Assembly: GCA_021498095.1 (NCBI GenBank)
Contig: JAIZWK010000001.1
Location: 1,560,001 to 1,592,000, forward strand
Reading direction: 5' to 3'
Length of the DNA stretch: 32,000 bases
From: Candidatus Harpocratesius repetitus
GTDB taxonomy: Archaea > Asgardarchaeota > Lokiarchaeia > Sigyniarchaeales > Promethearchaeaceae
Shown here: positions 9,301 to 17,322 of the stretch, piece after piece
Layout: each line of letters begins with the position of its first letter
Position numbering within the stretch: the first letter of the stretch is position 1
The notes under the pieces: model-generated
What the model was told of the DNA's origin: nothing
The model's database searches: none
What the model saw: the letters and a program-made list of their open reading frames with translations, nothing else
Program-made: the position numbers and the translations under genes

Positions 9301-9957
9301 ACCATTTCTGATTTTGAGGAAAGTGATCCTAGCATTTTAGAGGATGAAGATTGGTATAGATGGTATAAATTAGAAACGAAAAAGAATGCCATTTATCATG
9401 GAAATACAACAAAATTGTTTACAAATTGGAAAACGGAAAAAATAAATGCGAAAAGATCCATTTCAACAGAAGAAAAAGAAGAATTTCAAAATGAAGAGAT
9501 CGCTAAAGAAGTTGCTGAAGAAGAAATAAAATCTTCCAGAACTCTTGCTGATTTTTCTTCTCTTGATCCTAGTACATTATCAGATGAAGATTTATACCAA
9601 TGGTATAAATTAGATACAGGAAAAAATGCAATTTATCGAGGAAACCTAACTAAAATATTCCAAAAATGGAAATCTAATAAAATAGCTGAATTTGAATCTT
9701 CTAGTGAGACTTCTGAGATTGAAACAGAAGATACTCAGACTACGATAATTGAAGATGAAAATGAAGTTATAGAAGAAGAACCTGAAGTAGAAGAGCAAGA
9801 AATTAAATCTGATTTAGCTTCTCGAAGCTTTTCATCTTTATCAATTGAAGAACGTTACCAATTATATAATCAAGAAACGGGTAAAAAGGCAATTGTTAGA
9901 GGACGAGCCACCAATATATACAAAAATTGGGAGTCCAAGAAAATGGAGGAAGAATAA
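6379..9957 (+). CDS. rpoA1: DNA-directed RNA polymerase subunit A' (Rpo1N) with ~300-aa C-terminal extension
   Basis: NADFDGDEMN active-site motif, clamp Zn sites CATC...CPGHFGH and CHEC...CPHC, DTAVRTSSSGYMQRRL bridge helix. Conserved N-terminal residues (KVIDKIRFGLLSPEEIRKM) lie upstream of ATG 6457; proposed start is ATC 6379, 7 nt after AGGTG. Confidence 0.97.
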   Translation: MSYNLETLKVIDKIRFGLLSPEEIRKMSVGRIITADTYDEDGLPIKSGLMDSKLGTIEPGQKCATCGNRVGACPGHFGHIELARPVVHVGHAKLLLKILRGICHECGRVLLTEEQIEEYYDRQEKYIEIFDKPDETLIGEIFKSARKSKECPHCGAEKHKITIEKPTTFYRGGERLTPVDIRELLEKIPESDYGLFGINPETARPEWIILTVLPIPPVCVRPSITLDSGIRSEDDLTHKLVDVIRINQRLRENIDAGAPQLIVEDLWELLQYHVTTYFNNEVSGIPPARHRSGRALRTLTQRLKGKEGRFRSNLSGKRVDFSARTVISPNPHISLNQVGVPYKIAKILTVPSYVTEFNIEEMKQTVLNGPHTHPGANYIIREDGRRIDLRFVKNREIVASTIKPGFIIERHLRDGDLVLFNRQPSLHRMSIMAHEVKVMSGKTFRLSLVVCPPYNADFDGDEMNLHVPQSEEARTEAEYLLKVQEHIVSPRYGAPIIGAIQDFISIGYIFTRNERAPGVPNVYSRKDTFMLLYWGNVFRRNPSFSIKDLTPVNPEDPESEWKYTGKEIFSCILPHDLNMELKSKFYKDEEGARIGSDGYDVIHNGKMISGVIDKNLMGDGKSSSILHRIIRDYGPTRGRQFLDDFCGMMVWAITMTGLTMGIDEVDIGRARKDVHNKIYEAYDRAAELIKAYYEEDEEILPCAPGRTLYETLELNLMSLLNKVRGEAGNIASHFLGDTAHSVIMTKSGARGNPLNLAQMAACVGQQSVRQNRIHRGYIDRTLPHFKVKDLSPAARGFVLNSYRDGLTPTEFFFHAMGGREGLVDTAVRTSSSGYMQRRLVNALQDMVVENDLSVRTSENMVVQFKYGDDGIDPGRSDAGDILNFDQAILKTRSFKQLLEKEEKIAEKLDKASHPEFPVSYIKNITSHGFSVIEQIGESPTINNEQISQKTSSTKIGAKTTETSSEKSAKKLKLSTISDFEESDPSILEDEDWYRWYKLETKKNAIYHGNTTKLFTNWKTEKINAKRSISTEEKEEFQNEEIAKEVAEEEIKSSRTLADFSSLDPSTLSDEDLYQWYKLDTGKNAIYRGNLTKIFQKWKSNKIAEFESSSETSEIETEDTQTTIIEDENEVIEEEPEVEEQEIKSDLASRSFSSLSIEERYQLYNQETGKKAIVRGRATNIYKNWESKKMEEE
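9301..9942 (+). repeat. Three ~40-48-aa repeats in the Rpo1N C-terminal extension
   Basis: 9301-9444, 9541-9684 (exactly 240 nt after the first) and ~9826-9942; core WYKLETKKNAIYHGNTTKLFTNWK / WYKLDTGKNAIYRGNLTKIFQKWK / LYNQETGKKAIVRGRATNIYKNWE. Confidence 0.9.
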
Positions 9958-9963
9958 TAATAG

Positions 9964-11253
<1,290 letters not shown>

Positions 11254-11264
11254 TCTAAAAATCC

Positions 11265-11273
11265 TTTTTTTTT
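11265..11273 (+). terminator. Oligo-T tract, candidate archaeal terminator after rpoA2
   Basis: T9 run starting 12 nt after the rpoA2 stop, followed by T-rich sequence. Confidence 0.4.
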
Positions 11274-11310
11274 CCTTCCATTCTTTATTATCATTATTAT
11301 TTTTATTATT

Positions 11311-11336
11311 CTTTGATATTTACCTTTGATATTTAC
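11311..11336. repeat. Perfect 13-bp tandem duplication
   Basis: CTTTGATATTTAC x2 in the rpoA2-rpl30e spacer. Confidence 0.8.
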
Positions 11337-11433
11337 TGCTTTTTCTACCGCTTTCGCTCTGTTAAATATTACAAACATAAATTTTTTTTAATATGGTTGA
11401 TTATCGAAATTATCATATTGAGTGGATGAAATT

Positions 11434-11802
11434 ATGTCATATCGACGAGGTCAACAAAAATTAAAGCGCCGAAAACGATCGAGTGCAAAGTCACTATGGG
11501 ATGAAGGTAAAGAAATCAACGTAGCCGTAAAAACTGGGAAAGTTCTTTTAGGCGAACGTTCAGTTACTCGAGAATTATCTATGGGTGACTTGAAAATGAT
11601 TGTGTTAGCGCGAAATGCTCCTGCAAAAGTTGTGAATCAAATTAAAATACTAAATAATTGTTTAGAATCTCCAATTCCTGTATATGTTTCAAAGAATTCC
11701 AGTTGGGAACTGGGAGCTATATGTGCTCGCCCACATTGGGTTTCTGTAGTTGGAGTAATTAATCCGGGCGATTCTTCAATTATGAAAGCTGTTGAAAAAT
11801 AA
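11434..11802 (+). CDS. rpl30e: Ribosomal protein eL30
   Basis: AVKTGKVLLG, LKMIVLARNAP, SSWELGAICARPHWVSVVGVINPGDS (L7Ae/L30e family); position after rpoA2. In-frame GTG 11422 is an alternative start. Confidence 0.92.
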   Translation: MSYRRGQQKLKRRKRSSAKSLWDEGKEINVAVKTGKVLLGERSVTRELSMGDLKMIVLARNAPAKVVNQIKILNNCLESPIPVYVSKNSSWELGAICARPHWVSVVGVINPGDSSIMKAVEK

Positions 11803-12100
11803 GCTTCTTCACTTTCAACTTTGATTTCTTTTTTTTAAGTTCTGTAATATAATTAACATTTAATTAATAGGCATTTTTATGACCGTTAAATTATGAAAAA
11901 TATTGAGTTTAGGTGAAATCCTCTTTTAATATATGTTTTCTCTTAAAATTCATTTTTATCAGAGCGCTCCTCGTTTTTAAACTTTATTGCTTGATAATCC
12001 TCTTAGTTTTTTTCTTCAAAACCCAAAATTTTATTTTAAATGGAAGGTTGATTTCCCTATCGCATATTACGATTATCGATTTATTGGAGTTATTTATACT

Positions 12101-12544
12101 ATGGGAAAAAGTAAAAGTCCACGCGGACAATTCGCTGCTCGTGCTTTGAAAAAAAAGCGACAACGATTCCGCTGGAGTGATAAAAATTATAAACGACGCA
12201 CACTCAGAATTAAAGAAAAAACCGATCCACTTGAAGCTGCCCCCATGGCAGAAGGAATTGTCCTTGAAAAAGTTGGTGTCGAATCGAAACAACCAAATTC
12301 CGCTATCCGAAAATGCGTCCGCGTTCAACTACGTAAAAACGGAAAACAAATCAGTGCCTTCTTACCAGGTGACTCTGCTCTTACTTTCGTGGAAGAACAC
12401 GATGCTGTGACTGTAGTTGGAATCGGAGGTGCAATGCATGGTGCTATTGGGGATCTTCCTGGTGTTCGTTGGAAAGTTATCAAAGTTAATGGCGTTAGTT
12501 TAGATGCTATGATTCAAGGGAAAAAGGAACGGGCAGTCCGTTAA
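12101..12544 (+). CDS. rps12: Ribosomal protein uS12
   Basis: [14 protein letters not shown] start after GGAGT; [15 protein letters not shown] and [18 protein letters not shown] motifs. Confidence 0.97.
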   Translation: MGKSKSPRGQFAARALKKKRQRFRWSDKNYKRRTLRIKEKTDPLEAAPMAEGIVLEKVGVESKQPNSAIRKCVRVQLRKNGKQISAFLPGDSALTFVEEHDAVTVVGIGGAMHGAIGDLPGVRWKVIKVNGVSLDAMIQGKKERAVR

Positions 12545-12563
12545 GACTTAATAGGTGAAAAAA

Positions 12564-13403
12564 ATGGTTGGAAAACGAAAAAGTAAAGCGGAAAAAGCTG
12601 AAGAAGAAGCAAAAGCTGAAGAAAGTGCAAAAGAAGATACCGCTACGATAGAATCTGAAGAAAAAGAATTGTCCGATGCCGCTCTTGAAGGATTAGAAGC
12701 TGACGAATCAGCAGAATTAGAAGATGAAATTGATGAAACCGATGATCTCGAAGAAGATGAAGAAGATACAACCAAGAAGAAGCGAAGTAGGCGTGCTATC
12801 GCTGATATCAAACTTTTCAATAGATGGTCTTATGAAGGCGTTGAAGTACATGATATCAGTTTGCAAAATTATATTAATTTAAATCCTGTTATCATTCCTC
12901 ATTCTGGTGGAAAGCATCAACATAAACGATTTTGGAAGACTGAGCATATTTCGATTATCGAACGTTTCATCAATAAGATAATGACACCTGGTTTGGTTAA
13001 AAAACGCATTAAAGGACGAGGTGCTTCCCATAATATGGGTAAGAAATCAAAAATCATCCAAATTGTCTATAATGCATTTGCAATTGTTGAGCAAAAAACC
13101 GGTGAAAATCCCATTCAAGTTTTTATCAATGCTTTAGAAAATACTGCACCTCGTGAAGAAACTACCCGAATTTCATTAGGTGGAATCAGTTATCAACAGG
13201 CAGTTGATATTGCACCTCAACGTCGTGTAGATTTGGCTCTAAAATTGTTAGTTCAAGCCACAGTTGGTAAAGCATATAATAATATTAAAACTATTGATGA
13301 ATTATTAGCTAATGAGTTGATTTTAGCCAGTCGAAATGATACAAATTCCGCTGCAGTTAAACGGAAAGATGAGATGGAACGGGTTGCAATTTCCGCCCGC
13401 TAA
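12564..13403 (+). CDS. rps7: Ribosomal protein uS7 with ~80-aa acidic N-terminal extension
   Basis: KLFNRW, ENTAPREETTRI, AVDIAPQRRVDLAL, KRKDEMERVAISAR; AGGTG + 6 nt + ATG 12564. Confidence 0.96.
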   Translation: MVGKRKSKAEKAEEEAKAEESAKEDTATIESEEKELSDAALEGLEADESAELEDEIDETDDLEEDEEDTTKKKRSRRAIADIKLFNRWSYEGVEVHDISLQNYINLNPVIIPHSGGKHQHKRFWKTEHISIIERFINKIMTPGLVKKRIKGRGASHNMGKKSKIIQIVYNAFAIVEQKTGENPIQVFINALENTAPREETTRISLGGISYQQAVDIAPQRRVDLALKLLVQATVGKAYNNIKTIDELLANELILASRNDTNSAAVKRKDEMERVAISAR

Positions 13404-13700
13404 AATTCCTTTACTGTACATTATTTGATTGTTAATTTAATTTATTTATAACTTATTTTTTCTCTTTTTCTAATTCTTATTTCCAGTAAATAATGAAGTA
13501 AATATTAAAATTGTAGCTTCGGTTAATGTGGCAATAGTGCAGCCGCTTTTACGGTATTATTAAATGTTTTATCAAATTTCTCTGCTAAAAATTCTTTTCG
13601 GCTAATATTCCGATAAAGATATTTCGTTAGTATCCGAGGTTTTTATTTTAATCTTTATTGTTAACTTTTCTAAATTTATTGTTTTCATTTATCAAGAGAT

Positions 13701-14651
13701 TTACATTATCAATTCATAACCGCTTTTCAATTTAAATCTGGGTCTGAACTTTTTTGCCCACCTTATAAATTCTTCACGCAGTTCTTTTTCTGGAATTTGC
13801 TCCGCAGCAATTAACGCATAGTCCATAAATTTAATCCGCTCAGCGGTCCAGACGGTTTCAAAGCCATATTCTTCAAAAAATAGTTTCTCCCACTCTTTAT
13901 AGCGCTCGATATTCTTCTGCTTTCGGGGATGGATGAACGAATCAAAAATCAGCATGAAATTTTCGCTGTTTTCAAACTGGGTGCAGTCCCAGAACTCAAT
14001 CAGCAGAAATGAAATATGAGGAATATGAGGAAGATTTGAAATGTTAATCCATAATTCAGGATTATGGGTAAATTCAATCGGAATTTCCTTTACTTCGCGT
14101 AAACTATTTAATTTCAATTTTTCTAATGAAATGCAGAATGCCCAATTGATGGGAACCTGCTTCATGCGGTGCTTTCCATCGTTTTTGGGCGGCAGCGTTA
14201 TTTTTTCACCATCGAACATATTTGCATACCACTCGCAAAGAAAGTCTTCACCAATTGAAATTTCCCGCAGGCGATAGCAATGGGCGAAATCTATGTTGTA
14301 GTCATCTAAAACGGCAGCAATAGTTGTGAATTTCCTTAAATATTGGTATTGGTCGCACTTTAGGGGTATTTTTAGATTTGGAAATTCAAAAATTAGAATT
14401 GATTCTATTTTCGGCGGCCATTTAACCACCCGCAGCTGATTTTCTCCAGATATTTCAATTTCTTTACAGTTAATGAAAGCTGAAAAATCTGCTTCATTAT
14501 TGGGATAAATACAATCGTATGCTTCTAATTTATATACTTTATCAACATCTTTCCAATTTTTAACATCAAAATCCTGCCTAACCAGTGTTAATACTATTTT
14601 ATCGCTATAAATTTGACTGTATCTCACATATTTTGGATTTTCATTATGCAT
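13701..14651 (-). CDS. Hypothetical protein with degenerate leucine-rich-repeat-like segments
   Basis: 316-aa ORF; LxxLxL-like units (YRLREISIG, ISLEKLKLNSLREVKEIP, LWINISNLPHIP). Confidence 0.55.
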   Translation of the reverse strand: MHNENPKYVRYSQIYSDKIVLTLVRQDFDVKNWKDVDKVYKLEAYDCIYPNNEADFSAFINCKEIEISGENQLRVVKWPPKIESILIFEFPNLKIPLKCDQYQYLRKFTTIAAVLDDYNIDFAHCYRLREISIGEDFLCEWYANMFDGEKITLPPKNDGKHRMKQVPINWAFCISLEKLKLNSLREVKEIPIEFTHNPELWINISNLPHIPHISFLLIEFWDCTQFENSENFMLIFDSFIHPRKQKNIERYKEWEKLFFEEYGFETVWTAERIKFMDYALIAAEQIPEKELREEFIRWAKKFRPRFKLKSGYELIM

Positions 14652-14756
14652 AATGCTTCATCCATTTTTTTTCCATTTCCATTTATTTTCTTATCCAATG
14701 TATATTAAAAAAAAACGATATTAAAAAATTAACCCGCTCTTGGGCAGACCAATCTT

Positions 14757-16226
14757 CTATCCGACAAATCCCTCAATCGCATCCAAATATGCATCAAAAT
14801 TATTCATGGCACTTTCATCGGCATATTCTTCGTAGTACAAGCGCATTTCGTTCTTGTATTTCAAATAGTATGCGAAACACTGCTTCAGCATTAACAACTG
14901 TGAATTTGAATTGAAGATGCCTACAGGATTTTCAATCTGGGCATACCACCGGTCGAGTCGGGAGTCAAATTGAATGTTGCCGTTCTCATCTAAAGTGGGA
15001 ACGAAGTATTCAATTGATTTATCTTTACTTATTTTAATTGTTATGGTTTCACCTTTAACGCCGAATGCCTTGATGATTCCTTCGATTCGGTTCCATGTAG
15101 CAATGTATGCATTTCCTCCACCACCTCTTGCTTTCATCATCAACTTAATATCGTTGTAAAAACTTTTCATCTTTAAATTTGAATCTTTTAAATCCTGCTC
15201 GGATGAATGCAGCGTATACTGCTCATAAACCCACTTTGCAAGCACGGATACAGAGTCTCGAATGCTGGAGCCTTGAAATTCGGCAAGATTGCGTAGGTTG
15301 AAAAAGGCTCGACAGTCTTCAAGTTCAATCAGCACCATTTTAGAAGCGTCTCCACCAATTTTGTTTTTCATCATCTTCGTAAATGTATTAATACTTTCTT
15401 GATTATTAAATATGTTTATCATGGATAAGCCGTTCTGGAAGGCTGTCCACACCTTGCGCGCTTTTTTAGTATAATATTCAGTATTAGTTTCCTTTTTACC
15501 ATGCATTCCCACGCCGTAAATACCGGGATACCGCCAATTAACCGCACCGCCTTCCGCTCCGAGTAAGTTCAGCATATTCTCAAATACCAGAAAATCCATA
15601 ACGAAGCGCTCAATTCCATTATTTATATCGGGTCTATTGGTTTTATAATATTCTTCATTCACCGGGTCCCACAAATCTATGGAAAACTGCGGAATTATCA
15701 TGGAATAAGGCGAAGGCGTGGTGGGGACTATGTCTTTAACGGCATCTGAAATCGGGGTGCCGAGTTGGAAGAATTTAATTGTATGAGCCTTATCATTTTG
15801 AATTTGACCGACCATACTTCCGAACACCAGCACTTCTCTGCCGGAACCGATTACTTCGCTTTTAATCATTCCGAATTGTATGAAATTAGCAATAAAGGCG
15901 TTTTTTTTGGCACCGATAATGATAACTGGGTCGGGAAGGGCGCTGGGGGGCACGTAGTAGTGATGATCATCGACTACTTTTTCTTTTAAATATTTCTCAA
16001 TGTATTCATCATTTTTTTCACCTTTTCTTATATTATTTTCAATAAGATAGTCAATAGTAGAACGGAGTGCCTCGATATTGGTAAAATGGGATGCTAAAGA
16101 CAGCCAAACTGCCTGCTCCAGCTCCCATTCATGAATTTGAGGAGATACAAGTGAACTATCAATATTATTTAATCTTTTTTTTTCAATATATTGTAAATAT
16201 TCGCTGTATCCAAGTCTTTTCTGCAA
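14757..16226 (-). CDS. Hypothetical protein (489 aa from TTG; frame stays open to 16403)
   Basis: Long ORF, visibly more GC-rich than flanks; no family recognised; no ATG/GTG/TTG in the 59 open codons upstream. Confidence 0.65.
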   Translation of the reverse strand: MQKRLGYSEYLQYIEKKRLNNIDSSLVSPQIHEWELEQAVWLSLASHFTNIEALRSTIDYLIENNIRKGEKNDEYIEKYLKEKVVDDHHYYVPPSALPDPVIIIGAKKNAFIANFIQFGMIKSEVIGSGREVLVFGSMVGQIQNDKAHTIKFFQLGTPISDAVKDIVPTTPSPYSMIIPQFSIDLWDPVNEEYYKTNRPDINNGIERFVMDFLVFENMLNLLGAEGGAVNWRYPGIYGVGMHGKKETNTEYYTKKARKVWTAFQNGLSMINIFNNQESINTFTKMMKNKIGGDASKMVLIELEDCRAFFNLRNLAEFQGSSIRDSVSVLAKWVYEQYTLHSSEQDLKDSNLKMKSFYNDIKLMMKARGGGGNAYIATWNRIEGIIKAFGVKGETITIKISKDKSIEYFVPTLDENGNIQFDSRLDRWYAQIENPVGIFNSNSQLLMLKQCFAYYLKYKNEMRLYYEEYADESAMNNFDAYLDAIEGFVG

Positions 16227-16583
16227 AAATTGGGTTAAATAATCAGTAGCACCGCCGGGATTAACTGAAATTTTATGATCAGTATAACCACCTGCATCTT
16301 GGGAAATTTTGCTGATTCTATTTAAAATGAATTCAATTTGATTCCCATCCTTTTTCTGTTTGGCGGATGAAACTTTGGCATAAATATAGGTCGATTTTAT
16401 CGTTTACTCTGCTTGTTGGCTTGGAAGATTAACCGATTCTGGCAGAAAATCCGCCAATTGTTCCCATGAGTATCGACGATGATTTCCAAAAGTCCTTTTA
16501 GGAACGAGGTATCCTTTTTTGTCCCATCTGCGCAGAGTTGCAAGAGTAACTCCAAGAAGGCTTGAAATTTCGGAGATGGTCAA
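16227..16583 (-). pseudogene. IS607-family TnpA (MerR-HTH + serine recombinase N-terminus) remnant, in frame with 14757..16226
   Basis: Manual translation: LTISEISSLLGVTLATLRRWDKKGYLVPKRTFGNHRRYSWEQL...QQAE*TIKSTYIYAKVSSAKQKKDGNQIEFIL. Matches the IS607 TnpA HTH and the YARVSSxxQ motif; TAA at 16406-16404. Confidence 0.8.
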
Positions 16584-16608
16584 TATAGAATTAAATTTGG
16601 GGAAGATC

Positions 16609-16644
16609 TATATAAATTAAGCGATCAATGATCAAGTTTGATCA
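16609..16644 (+). promoter_or_regulatory. TATA-like box and palindromic candidate operator upstream of TetR gene
   Basis: TATATAAA at 16609-16616; TGATCAA-GT-TTGATCA at 16629-16644. Confidence 0.45.
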
Positions 16645-16682
16645 AAAATTTTTTTGCTGTTGATAAGTTCTCTGTAAATAAT

Positions 16683-17285
16683 ATGATGATAGATCGATCT
16701 GAGAATTTGGAGAAAAAAAGAGCAATTGCATTGAAATTTAAGGAGTATTTCTTCAATTTTGGAATGGTTGATACAATTATCAGCGATGTAACTCAAGATA
16801 TGCATATCAGTAAAAAAACCTTTTATAAATATTTTCCTGGAGGAAAACAAGATTGTTTGTATTTTATTTTCTACGATATTGCTAAAGACTCAAAAAGTGA
16901 AATAGAAAAAATTCTATCCGATAAAGCAAATTTTGCTAAAACTACATCTGCTGAGATTCTTTCTATCCTATTTCAGAAAATATATGAATTGGTTCTTCCC
17001 TTTATGTATGGAAATAAGGCTCAAACTAAAGAAGATTATCTGATCGAAAATCAGATTGTTGGAAATGCTTATGCAGATGTATTCAGTGATATTATTAAAC
17101 CGTTTCTAAGTCAAGGAAAAGAAGCAGATCAATTCCATTTTTCAAATTTAGATTTAACATATGAAGCAATAACCGCTATTGTGAAAAAAAGTATTGCATT
17201 GATCTATGATGTACAACATGAGAAATCCCAAGTCGCTGCAATTCAACAAGAAACAATAGAATTAATACTAAAAATACTAAATTAA
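16683..17285 (+). CDS. TetR/AcrR-family transcriptional regulator
   Basis: KRAIALKFKEYFFNFGMVDTIISDVTQDMHISKKTFYKYFPGGKQD is a TetR HTH; ATG 16683 preferred over TTG 16638. Confidence 0.85.
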   Translation: MMIDRSENLEKKRAIALKFKEYFFNFGMVDTIISDVTQDMHISKKTFYKYFPGGKQDCLYFIFYDIAKDSKSEIEKILSDKANFAKTTSAEILSILFQKIYELVLPFMYGNKAQTKEDYLIENQIVGNAYADVFSDIIKPFLSQGKEADQFHFSNLDLTYEAITAIVKKSIALIYDVQHEKSQVAAIQQETIELILKILN

Positions 17286-17322
17286 TTTAGTCCCTCAATA
17301 TATTATCTTATTGTCTCTGTAT

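Noticed and set aside
9060-9957. Rpo1N tail as a homologue of the Rpb1 heptad CTD
   Set aside because: No YSPTSPS similarity, and the CTD position corresponds to the end of A'', not A'.
11987-12100. N-terminal 38-aa extension of uS12 from TTG 11987
   Set aside because: The conserved start MGKSK at 12101 has its own RBS; the upstream part looks like AT-rich spacer.
11913-12149. ORF between rpl30e and rps12 as nusA
   Set aside because: No KH-domain similarity, hydrophobic low-complexity sequence, overlaps rps12 out of frame.
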